Below, piece by piece: positions 9,990-20,949 of a DNA stretch of 37,587 nucleotides. Under the pieces are notes generated by a model that was not told the origin of the DNA, did not search any database, and saw only the letters and a list, made by a program, of their open reading frames with translations. The DNA comes from Octopus sinensis (taxonomy: Eukaryota): assembly GCF_006345805.1 (NCBI RefSeq), contig NW_021835886.1, positions 1 to 37,587 of the forward strand. Reading direction: 5' to 3'. The first letter of the stretch is position 1, and each line of letters starts with the position of its first letter. The translations under genes and the position numbers were made by a program.

Positions 9990-10815
9990 AGAAAGCTGAT
10001 GATGTAAATAACGAAGGTAATTTAGCTGGACAAATGACAATAAATGTCGAAGAAGAACAATGAAGAGGAGAATATTCAAGAAATGCTGCGAGGTATAATG
10101 TTTGGTGTGAACAATGAAATGCAACCAAATGTAATGGACAGAGAAAAAGTAAGGAGAGTCACAGGCAAAATGGTGTTTTGAGTTTGGTCAAAATAAAGAA
10201 AATTAGCGAAATAAACCAGCTAATGATGGCTGCCGCAAATGTTGAAGCTGACATAGAAGAATACAAGCGGAAGACTGTTCAAGAAAAGAAAGGACAGGAA
10301 AAGAAAGAATCCAACTGGAGGCAGAGAGTACAAAGGAAGTTGGAAAAGACACGAGAAGAACTGAGGAAATGAAATGGGACAATGAGAGGAGAGCTCAAGA
10401 ATGAGGTAGTAATCAGAAAATTGAATGGACAGTACAGGTTAGAAGAAACGGTAAAACAAACAGTATATGAAGTGTTAGAAAGGGTGATGACGTTAAAGGT
10501 CAAATTGAAAAGATATGATGCAATATGCAAAGGTTTTGAACAGAATAGATTGTTTTAATCAAATAGAAGGCGTGTTTTTGAGGAAATAAAGGAGGAATAA
10601 CATCAGGAAGTAATTCTTGATGCGGAAGAAAGTAAAGTATTCTGGGTAGAACTTTGCAACCGGCCAGTGAGACATGAAAAAGTGCAGAGTGGCTAACACA
10701 GGTGTAGAGACAAAATGGACGTCAGAATTGATATGCATTTAGTGAAACTGAAATTTAAAAATTACCAAATTGAAAAGGACTCGGATGAAGTACAAGATTA
10801 TTGGCTGAAAAACTT
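9990..10815 (+). mobile_element. Degenerate pre-RT region of an R4/Dong-type LINE
   Basis: Broken frames such as LVKIKKISEINQLMMAAAN, NWRQRVQRKLEKTREEL, GFEQNRLF*SNRRRVFEEI and LDAEESKVFWVEL resemble the R4-clade region upstream of RT. Confidence 0.6.
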
Positions 10816-11278
10816 TATACAGCGGTGGTGCCCCAGCATGGCCGCGGCCTTCGGGCCAAAACATTTTTCAGGATTTAAGGATTTAAGTTGCATGAAAGGA
10901 CCGCTGCACAACTTTATGAATGTTGTTACGTCACAAAGACCACTTGAAATGTAAATTGGTGCCAAATTTTCGACTTATAACCTCTTCATCGCTTATGTTG
11001 AACAGAAAAGATGCAGGTATCAAAGTAGGGTAACTAAAGGCTTGTTATAAGTCTTTACAGGCTGGTGATCTTAGAATGACTAACATTCGCTTAGTAATTG
11101 ACAAACAGTTGGCAATGGAATGCAAACTTTGGTAACTATTAGACCAAGCTCTTTGAAACCGCGAGCAGGGCACGCTGTAGTGGGCGCCATTTTGTTTGGT
11201 TATACCTCTGGAGACACAAAATGGGCGGTCAAATGGTTTTTGTGTTTATGTCAACCGTAAACACAAAACCACGTAACC

Positions 11279-11509
11279 TATTTCTTTACTACTCACAAGG
11301 GGCTAAACACAGATAGGACAAACAAGGACAGACAAAGGGATTAAGTCGATTATATCGACCCCAGTGCGTAACTGGTACTTATTTAATCGACCCCGAAAGG
11401 ATGAAAGGCAAAGTCGACCTCGGCGGAATTTGAACTCACAACGTAACAGCAGACGAAATACGGCTACGCATTTCGCCCGGCGTGCTAACGTTTCTGCCAG
11501 CTCGCCGCC
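11279..11509 (-). mobile_element. Full-length SINE family C
   Basis: Head GGCGGCGAGCTGGCAGAAACG...GAGTTCAAATTCC on the minus strand; AACCACGTAACC duplicated at 11267-11278 and 11515-11526. Confidence 0.9.
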
Positions 11510-11799
11510 CCCGTAACCACGTAACCGCCCCCGCTTTGTGACTTTCAGGGGTCTAGTCAAACAAGATCACTCCCGTTAGAGCGACCTTGTAGGGTTCAAA
11601 TTGTTAAACATCTACTTTCTCGCACAATAGCATGTTCCACAATCACAGCGTACGACAGACGCATTCCTAACATGGCGCAAAGCTAATATTAAACCATTTA
11701 AACAGGTGAATAATTTATCAAAGTTCTGTAGTGTCAAATTATACCAAGAGGAAGAAATAAGATGTAAATTTGAAACACCGTCGACATAGTTTGACTTAC

Positions 11800-11851
11800 C
11801 AGATAGAACACGGAACGTGTAAGCAAGACATTTTCCTGAAGTAACGACCAT
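11800..11851 (-). CDS. Coding exon 1 (start codon) of secreted CTL-like/PAN protein
   Basis: ATG at 11851-11849 in Kozak-like GCAGGATGG; MVVTSGKCLAYTFRVLS; donor CTG|GTAAGT in phase 1. Splicing to exon 2 yields the signal-peptide-like MVVTSGKCLAYTFRVLSATILLVLSNASG. Confidence 0.65.
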
Positions 11852-13661
11852 CCTGCTTTATAAAATAACCACGACGAAATTAGTTTATCTGTAACGACGA
11901 AAGAAACACATTGAAGGGTTATCAATAGTAACATAGCAAGAATGGAATTCAATTGTCTAATAGAATAACGTGAGAGAGAATTATTGAAAAAAAAAAAAAA
12001 AAGAAAAGAAAAAAAAAGGTATTTTTATAATCAGTATACTGATATTAAATAAAGTAATTTAAATGTATATAGTCGAATGACACGCAAACCACCTCCTGAA
12101 AATTGCTCTTTAATATAGGATTGAAACCTATTTACAGAATGTGGAGATCGTAAAAGTCTCCTTGGCATACAGATCAAACGAAATAATTGGATACAATGTT
12201 TCCACTTCTAGGTCCAATCAAGAACGCAACCGATATAAGACGATACACACGTAATCGCTCTTCGCACATATGTACACACACACACACACACACACATACA
12301 CAAACCGTACACAGGCACACACGTTTTACCCACACACGCACATACACATGTATATATATATATATGTGGTATATACATTTTTATGTATACTATTTATTTA
12401 TAAGCACATACGCACGTATATGTGTACATAGCATACACTTGTCAATATGTATTGTTTTTATCGATAAATTTATAGCATGTTGCTAATTACCTATTTTGTT
12501 CAGTTATATATTTTAGCAGTTTCCTATTGAAAATTGACTTTACTCTATGTTAACCACTTAACCCATCGCTACACTTCATGTGTTTACAAAACTATTGGTT
12601 TTTTTTGCTTTAACACAATCTACTTTTTATAAATGACAATGACACAGCAGCCATGCCGTAGTTGACTTTGTTTAATAGCTTCTTAAACAACAATTGATGC
12701 AAGTTCATCATAAAGTTGTACCTGTCTATTCGGAACGTCCTGTCACCTGGATTTTCTTTTGAGAGGTCTGGGGTTAGATAGGTGGGACGAACCATAACAT
12801 CATTTGTAGGAACAATGTTGTGGTAATAATTCAAGCTAGGACTTCTCTGTACCTCTACGACTCCTCCACATATGAATGTAAAATAACAACTATCCATTTG
12901 ACGTTAGCATGGTGGAGCTGAGGCACAGAAACCAGATACACTAACAAGCAAATAACACCGGCCAGTGGGATGTACAGTGATGATGGCTCACTGTCGTGCG
13001 TCACCACCAGTATGGCGGTTGACTTACTCAGTGCCCAGGTTTAAAATCACGCTCTGTTTCTTGGGTGGTGTTATCAAATTTCACTCTGTTGCCTGTATTC
13101 GGAACATATCCTTAGCTTGAAAATAAATCAGTTGGTCCAAGACTTCTATTTCAGTAACCTACGTGTCGCGTATTGCTCTTGTAACAAAACAGTTTATTTA
13201 TTTATTTTTATCTTTGAGGGAGAAGAAACCTTATTTTCACATGTCAGTTTTTATTAGTCTATGAAATGCTTGGTTATTTACACGTTAATTCAAGAGCAAG
13301 TAGTTGAGTTAGCCCAACACCTGAACCCACATTGTTGAACGATCATTTAAATTTCACGATTACATCTCGTACGGATGTAAATTATCTATAAAAAGTAGAA
13401 CTGATTTTCCTGCTTCTACAATACTTTTTCAGTATCTCCTGTAAGTACGGTTTTCATATCCACAAAAAGTATTTGAGAAGAATTGATATCAACAAAAGAA
13501 GAAGCACTGAAAAAAAAAAAAAAATCCTAGCAAAAACTCAAATGATGCGAAGATTTGAGAAAATAAACAATTTTAACGATCAAAATAAGCTGTTTACACC
13601 CAATGCCGATAGCTTTTGGATCTTTGGTTTCATTATTCTTTGAGAGTAGGTAAGTAATACC

Positions 13662-13892
13662 TATTTCTTTACTACCCACAAGGGGCCAAACACAGAGGGG
13701 ACAAACAAGGACAGACAAACGGATGAAGTCGATTACATCGACCCCAGTGCGTAACTGGTACTTAATTTATCGACCCCGAAAGGATGAAAGGCAAAGTCGA
13801 CCTCGGCGGAATTTGAACTCAGAACGTAACGACAGACGAAATACCGCAAAGCATTTCGCCCGGCATGCTAACGATTCTGCCAGCTCGCCGCC
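13662..13892 (-). mobile_element. Full-length SINE family C with 15-bp TSD
   Basis: TAGGTAAGTAATACC at 13647-13661 and 13893-13907. Confidence 0.92.
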
Positions 13893-15204
13893 TAGGTAAG
13901 TAATACCATTTGCTAACCAGTCAGGTGTTTTCTTAGGATTTTGACCCCTTAGAAGCTTCCGAGTAATGAAAAACCTTCATGCTGATTTTGGTACAGATTG
14001 ATCCTGCGGTTTGGCCGTGCATAGAGGAAACACACACGCACATACACACATATACACACACACATACACACAGTGAATTTTATAATATGTCAGATTGACA
14101 TTATTTTTTTTTGTATATGTTTATAATTCAGGATAGCCACCGTTTGATTTTGCTGTAGTCCTTAACCTTTTCATAGCTGGAGCGCATGACTTTTCATGTT
14201 TAAATGATGGGTAAGGTAAAATGCCGCACCCGGAACACAATTATTTAGTGATTCTACGAAGCATTTTAAAAGCTGCTCAGTTGAGTCGTAACAGAACTAA
14301 AACCAACCTCTATGAAATACACACACATAAACATAAATGACAAACAGCAGTCAGGGATTATAATGGCTGTGCAAGAGCATACAGAAGATGACATTAGTAT
14401 AAGCAGTGTCTAGGACAAGTACGCTAGTTGCAATGGTTCGTTTATTTCGCGTCACTGTCTTATTTACAGTTAGATAGGATAAAGTTTAATAATTAAATAC
14501 CTTGGCTACGGCTACAACGGAGCGCAAAGATGCTATCGTTTGCGGATCTTACGAGGCAACATGGATCTCCCTACCGGTTGTATGCCCCCCGCTGACCGCT
14601 AACCACTGACCTCCACACACAGCCTTAACCCATTTCTGTTGATTGTACGTTGACCCATCTACTCAGCCCTCCCCTTCCATGCAGTGTCTAAATTCTAACA
14701 AAGTGGTATTGCTGATTTGAAAGCCAGCGCTTATTTTTATTATTATTGTTCCTATCATTTGTGTAATTAGACACAGGGAACCAGCATTTTAAAGAATTTG
14801 GCAATCTAGAATAGATAGGGTCAACGCTATACGATATGAAAAGCAGGTGATCGCCTAGGGCGCTAAAATCGAAGGGCATCTCACAAATACTGAATAACTT
14901 ACTTAAAATTTCGTAATCTAACTAAAACACACGAAAACTTCGTAATAAACGGAGTAGGTGAGATCGTGACCAGTAGAACAGAGGGCGGAGTGCAGGAGAC
15001 GAAGGGACCATATAGTATTATCATGTGTCACACGGTTCGGCACGAAAACATTTCAAATATCACAGTCAGTAGATTTCCATGGTGATTTTCTTCATCATAA
15101 TTATAAATTTTCGACTGCGTTTTTCTTTTCAGCTACAGTAAAAGTGTTCATGATTAAAAGGTGTTTGAAAAACTGGAGAAAAATTGTGGGGCTGGTGTGA
15201 AATT

Positions 15205-15385
15205 AACAGCGGACCTTGAAGCAATCCAGAGAAGATTCACAAAGAAGATCGTCTCTTTGCAACAGCTCAGCTACTGGGAAAGGTTGAAACAGCTAAGACT
15301 CTACTCCCTGGAGAGAAGACGAGAGAGGTATGCAGTGATATATATCTGGAAGATCCTGGAAGGAATGGTGCCAAATTTTGGTGGA
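15205..15385 (+). mobile_element. CR1/L2-group LINE fragment (post-RT region)
   Basis: LEAIQRRFTKKIVSLQQLSYWERLKQLRLYSLERRRERYAVIYIWKILEG is a typical CR1-group ORF2 C-terminal motif. Confidence 0.8.
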
Positions 15386-15726
15386 GAAGGGCGTCAACAT
15401 TGTAGGAATGAGAGAAGGGGGTACACAGTGTAGAGCTTGGAGAAGAGGACGGACAGTGCAGGAATGAGAGAAGAGGATGTACATTGTAGGGATGGGAAGA
15501 GAAGGTGAACAAATCATAGGGCTGAGAGAAAAGGGTACTCCAACGTACGGTTTGGAGAAATGGGCTCACAATTATGTGATTGTCCTTGGGAGCCGAATAT
15601 CCTGGTACCTGGGTATTAAGATATTTATTTCATCCAGAAATACTTAGAGAAAAAAGGTGTTATGTTTTAAAAGATAGGGTTATGGGAGTTTGTGATGTTC
15701 ATTACTTTCTCGTGGAGATTATCAAT

Positions 15727-16172
15727 ATTGGTTTCAAATCTTAGCACAAGGCCAGCAATTTCGTGGGACGGGATAACACGATCACATCGACCCCCAGTAC
15801 TTGACTGGTGTTAGACTGGTTCTTATTTTATTAAGACCAAAAGGAATGAAAGGCAAAGTCGACCCCGGTGGCATTTGAACTTAAGGACGGACGAAATGCT
15901 GCGAAGCATTCCACCTGGTGTGCTAACGATTCTGCCAGTTTGCCACTATTCAAATATAACTAAAATTGGTTTCCAATTCTGGCATCAACGCCAGAAATTT
16001 CATGGAATGGGGTAACTCGATTGCATCGACCCAAGTGTTCTACTAGTACTTATTTTATCGACCCCGAAAGAGATGAACGACAAAGTCGACCCCGGCGGAA
16101 TTTGAACTCTGAACGTAACGACGGACGAAATGCCGCTAAGCATTTCGCCAGGTGCGGAAACGATTCTACCAG
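15727..16172 (-). mobile_element. Two adjacent diverged SINE family C variant copies
   Basis: Two runs of ATCGACCCC...AAAGTCGACCCCGG..GAATTTGAACT...GCTAACGATTCT. Confidence 0.75.
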
Positions 16173-16270
16173 ATTCACCATCTTGGAGATGAATAAATAT
16201 TGAAACAGTGAAGCGTAAATGATTTTCTGAGAATAGAAAAATATAATTATATGAAAAGGTCTGTAGCATA

Positions 16271-16670
16271 GGCGCAGGAGTGGCTGTGTGGTAAGTAGCT
16301 TGCTTACTAACTACATGGTTCCGGGTTCAGTCCCACTGCATGGCACTTGGGCAAGTGTCTTCTACTATAGTCTCGGGCTGACCAAAGCCTTGTGAGTGGA
16401 TTTGGTAGACGGAAACTGAAAGAAGCCTGTCGTATATATGTATATATATATATGTATGTGTTTGTTTGTCTGTGTTTGTTCCCCAACATCGCTTGACAAC
16501 CGATGCTGGTGTGTTTATGTCCCCGTAACTTAGCGGTTCTGCAAAGGAGACCGATAGAATAAGTACTAGGCTTACAAAGAATAAGTCCTGGGCTCGATTT
16601 GCTCGACTAAAATGCGGTACTCCAGCATGATCGCACTCAAATGACTGAAACAAGTAAAAGAGTAAAAGAG
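16271..16670 (+). mobile_element. Full-length SINE family B
   Basis: Head GGCGCAGGAGTGGCTGTGTGGTAAG...GGGTTCAGTCCC, internal (TA)/(TG) microsatellite, tail GACTGAAACAAGTAAAAGAGTAAAAGAG. Confidence 0.9.
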
Positions 16671-16804
16671 TATGGTAAAAAACATAACAAAATCCTTACC
16701 TCCGTGAATAACTGTAGTTCTCTCCTTTTCATCACAAGCTATGCATCCGCAATTTGTTGCTGCTGTTGTTGTTATTGTTGCCACTTACTATTATTATTAT
16801 TTTA

Positions 16805-16849
<45 letters not shown>

Positions 16850-16996
16850 CGTTGTTGTTTGTTGTTTTGATGTTCGTGTCGTTAATATTTTCGTTGCTTA
16901 CATTTGCAACGTTCGCGGAAAGTTGTTAGAGACGACTCGCTTAGCACGATATATTTATCAAACGCTTTCCAGTGAGTTATTAGTAACCATTACAAC

Positions 16997-17030
<34 letters not shown>

Positions 17031-17748
17031 TTCATACGTGTACATGTGTTTATGTGTATGTATGAGTATTGTTTGCATATGCGTGTATGTGAATGTGTGA
17101 ACGTGTGTGGTGTGTGTGTGTGTGTGTGTGTGTATGGTGGTGGTGATACGTGAGCGTGCTTGGCAACGCTTTCACATAAGTGAAAACCTTATGCATCACT
17201 GTCAATACTAGAAACAGTCACAGCTCAGGTGAGAGACCTTGTATTTCTTTCTTTCTTTCTTTCTTTCTCTCGTCAGTTTCCTCTTTTCTATTCGATTCTA
17301 GGATAATCAATAAAATAATAGAAGCAGCATCAGCCGTATCAGCCGCATCAGCCGCATCAGCCGCACAATAACAAACAAAATAGCAACAATTACGATTATT
17401 ACGAAAGGTGGTTATTAAAACATAAATAAAGTTTCTTACGTCAATTCGACGGAGAGAGTTACTGACCCGGCTAATTAGGCTTACAGGACAAATAACCGAA
17501 ACGGGTCTGTAGCATGTATTCTATCAACAGCGTAGCATAGAGCTGTATGTAAAATATTTTAACTGTCAATGACACAGTCCACCGAGTTTTAAAAATATTT
17601 TACAGAGGGTACCAGTTTGTCATTCGGCACAGATTTTGATTCCGTCCATAACAAATGTCTGTCTGTCTTTCTGTCTGCCTATTTCCCCTCCCTGCCTCTG
17701 CCCCTCTGTATCTTTCTTTCGCTCTCTACCTGTCTCGATATATGCGTG

Positions 17749-17783
<35 letters not shown>

Positions 17784-17806
17784 TGTATGTATGTATGTAT
17801 GTATGT

Positions 17807-18305
17807 AGCACGGGTACGCAGAAATTCCGGGGTGGTGTCCGGCGTGCTGAAAGACCACTGGGAGTGAGGCGCCCCTCAGCTTTTGTTAAAGCATGCCTCT
17901 AGGAGAAGGTCACTCTGATATAAAACCAGATATGCAGGGAATGGCATTGGACATTTTGGGATCTTTGGTTTGTGCTAGAGATCACGGCGCTCCCACATCC
18001 CTGAGCCTGCGACTCATATTGGCACCAGGCATCTTGGTCTGGCTTGTCTCTAGATAATGTCAATAAAGTGGAGAGGGTCTATGAGGTTTTGTGCAAGCCT
18101 TATTGGACCTAAAACTCTGTACAGGCATTGCAGACCTCTATCTATAAAATTTGTGAATGGGGAAAGCTTGGTCTGCAATGTTTGCAGTAGTGTATGCTTG
18201 TCAAGAGCAGGGCTCATTAGCCACCAACGGAGCCGCAAATGCAAAATATAAGTTAGTCCTAGAGCGCACAATGTTCCTGAAGGTCGGCCATCATGTATGC
18301 ATGTA
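17807..18305 (+). mobile_element. Putative internally deleted RTE-like element (5' UTR-like part plus ORF C-terminus)
   Basis: CTAGGAGAAGGTCACTCTGATATAAAACC resembles RTE 5' UTR motifs; within ~300 bp comes LVCNVCSSVCLSRAGLISHQRSRKCKI*, similar to the RTE C-terminus at ~22820-22890. Confidence 0.5.
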
Positions 18306-18340
18306 TCTACCTGGTCACTGGTGGTGGCGTAACACACCAT

Positions 18341-18592
18341 ACTAATCATATCTGTCGGGCATGTGGAAGAGAGTGTAATTCGACAGGAGGACGTAAACGA
18401 AATGCAAAGGTACATGAAGCCCAGTTACAACTACAGCCGGCTATTACCAGTAACAGTTTTAGTTGCCAATTCTGTACAAGACATTGTAGATCTTTAGCTG
18501 GGCTAAAAAGTCACATTCGATTACAGCACCAGTAACAGTTAAGCTTCGTGCAATGGCCATGGCCATACTCGATAACGAGGGGGCAGCCATCA
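18341..18592 (+). mobile_element. 3' fragment of RTE-like LINE with two C2H2-like motifs
   Basis: HICRACGRECNSTGGRKRNAKVH...FSCQFCTRHCRSLAGLKSHIRLQHQ*; sister of 2774-3003. Confidence 0.6.
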
Positions 18593-18639
18593 TGTATCTA
18601 TCCATTATATATATGATATATGATATATATATATACATG

Positions 18640-18695
<56 letters not shown>

Positions 18696-18696
18696 A

Positions 18697-18743
<47 letters not shown>

Positions 18744-18764
18744 TATATATACACATATATATAT

Positions 18765-18928
18765 AGTGAGAATTTACAAAAAAAAAACGAAGACGGGTGT
18801 GTAAACAACAAACAGATGTATTAGTTTAACGCTCGGGAAGTGAGAAAGTCTTTTACGTTTCGAGCCTACGCATTTCGACAGAAAGGAACAGGGGGAAAAA
18901 TGTTTAGTGCGAGCGATCTATCATGGTG

Positions 18929-18930
<2 letters not shown>
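18765..18930 (-). mobile_element. Penelope-like terminal fragment (subfamily 1, second copy)
   Basis: Homologous to 2262-2475; (TA)n flanks. Confidence 0.55.
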
Positions 18931-18974
<44 letters not shown>

Positions 18975-18978
18975 TTAT

Positions 18979-19136
18979 CGCAGGAGTGGCTGTGTGATAA
19001 GTAACTTGCTTGCCAACCAAATGGTTCCGGGTTAAGTCCCACTGCGTGGCACCTTAGGCAGGCGTCTTCTACTATAGCCTCGAGCCGACCAAAGCCTTGT
19101 GAGTGGATTTGGCAGACTGAAACTGAAAGAAGCCCG

Positions 19137-19140
<4 letters not shown>
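18979..19140 (+). mobile_element. SINE family B, 5' half
   Basis: CGCAGGAGTGGCTGTGTG...GAAAGAAGCCCGTCGT then (AC)n. Confidence 0.85.
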
Positions 19141-19179
<39 letters not shown>

Positions 19180-19465
19180 ACACACACACATAATTATATT
19201 AAGGAAGCAAGGGCAAAAACGACCTCTCTCCAGCATTTTTGAAGTGGTGATACCTTAAAAAAACTACCAAAAACTCCAGATAAATATACACATGGCTGAA
19301 AGCGGGCTAGTGAAAGAAAACGAAAAAGACCTCTTGTTCCTTTAATATAATTATGTACATATGTACATTATTATTAATTTAATGTATAAATTGCCTATAA
19401 AAAATATATATAGCATGTTGACTACTTGATAAAAATCCTTAACGTGATTTTAATCCTTATATATA

Positions 19466-20074
19466 TCTATATATATAAAGCTGAAGTTGTCTGTGTGTGT
19501 GTGGAAGGTTTGGTAGCCTTCAACTAACACTATCTCCTCCGAGACCCTGCGGCGCAAGTTGATCAAAATTGAGCGAATGATAGAAGAAGGCTTGCTCCTC
19601 ATTCGGTAGAAGAAAAAAATCAAATCGGACCATGTTAAGACCAAAAATGATTTACATCAAAAAGGTGCTTTTTTTCTATGAAAATCCCTACTTTTTACAA
19701 TTTTTTGACTACTGTGTCGCCATTTTTCGGTGTATTTCAATCAGAAAAATGTTCACTTAAAGAGAATAACAAGCTACATAATGCAAAATGTTTACTTTTC
19801 AAAAATTCCATTTCTAAAAAAGGTCGAAAATAATTTTTTTGTGATGTCATTGGTTTTGAGCGAACGACGGATCAGCTGATCCAATGCAGAGGAGTAATGT
19901 TCGCCGTGTCAATGCACTACTTTTCAAGGTTGTCAACTGCTACAGCATTGAGTACAATTCAGCAATTTCAATCGATTTTTTGTGAGAAAAACTAATTGCA
20001 TTTGAGTAAGACAGAATGAATGAACGAAGCGCAACTAAAAAACAAACTCGAGCAACGTCGGGCTATACTGCTAG
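19466..20074 (+). mobile_element. Non-autonomous Helitron (~609 bp)
   Basis: A|TC...CTAG|T termini; 5' TCTATATATATAAAGCTGAAGTTGTCTGTGTG; 3' degenerate hairpin CGAGCAACGTCGGG just before CTGCTAG. Confidence 0.75.
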
Positions 20075-20215
20075 TATATCTATATATATATATATATCTA
20101 TATATATATATAATATATATCTATATATATACATATATATATACATATATATATATACATACATATATATATCATATTATATATATATATATATGTATAT
20201 ATCTATATATATAGC

Positions 20216-20248
<33 letters not shown>

Positions 20249-20298
20249 AATATATCTATATATATATAGATATATATATATATCCACTATATAATATA

Positions 20299-20334
<36 letters not shown>

Positions 20335-20339
20335 TGTGT

Positions 20340-20548
20340 ATATGTTTGTGTGTCTGTGTTTGTCTCCCCCCCCCAACATCGCTTGGCAAGTGATGGTGGT
20401 GTTTTTACGTCTCTGTAAATCATCGGTTCGGAAAAAGAGACCGATAGAATAAGCACTAGGCTTACAAAGAATAAGTCCTGGTGTCGATTTGCTCGACTTA
20501 AGGCAGTGCTCCAGCATGACCGCAGTCAAATGGCCGAAACAAGTAAAA
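20340..20548 (+). mobile_element. SINE family B, 3' half
   Basis: GTGTTTGTCTCCCC...ACTTAAGGCAGTGCTCCAGCATGACCGCAGTCAAATGGCCGAAACAAGTAAAA. Confidence 0.85.
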
Positions 20549-20571
20549 TAATAAGAGGATATGTGACCTCG

Positions 20572-20773
20572 TGTGTACCGTTGGCGATTTTTCCCCCCTC
20601 TGTCTTCCCTTCTCTGGATCTTTCATTCTCCTATGTTTCCGACGAAGAGCTCCGCTCGAAACGTTAAACTCTCCTTCTTTCCTTCTTTCCCTGAGCGTCC
20701 AATAATACTATATTTGTTCCACGTCCTCGCGTTGTTGTGTTTTTTTGTGATTTCTTGTTTGGATTAACAACTA
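20572..20773 (+). mobile_element. Penelope-like terminal fragment (subfamily 2)
   Basis: Homologous to 24186-24338; contains GACGAAGAGCTCCGCTCGAAACGTTAAAC; (TA)n tail. Confidence 0.6.
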
Positions 20774-20781
20774 TATATATA

Positions 20782-20829
<48 letters not shown>

Positions 20830-20949
20830 GTGTGTGTGTATGTGTGTGTAAGGATGCCCTGACAAAACCCCTCCAGATTCCCTTCCAGAGGTTTCTTGCA
20901 AATGGCAAACTGCCAAGCCAGCTGAAGGAGGGAATAATATGTCCAATCC

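Noticed and set aside
11734-11952. Hydrophobic ORF (MLLLITLQCVSF...) as an alternative signal-peptide exon
   Set aside because: It reaches the 11800 donor in phase 0 and would hit a stop in exon 2; at most a uORF.
14130-14212. Plus-strand exon-like segment with AG and GTAAGG
   Set aside because: Stops in all three frames and no partner exon.
18057-18535. C2H2 fingers as a host zinc-finger gene
   Set aside because: No TGEKP linkers or splice sites; multi-copy with retroposon-like 3' ends; similar to the RTE C-terminus near 22820-22890.
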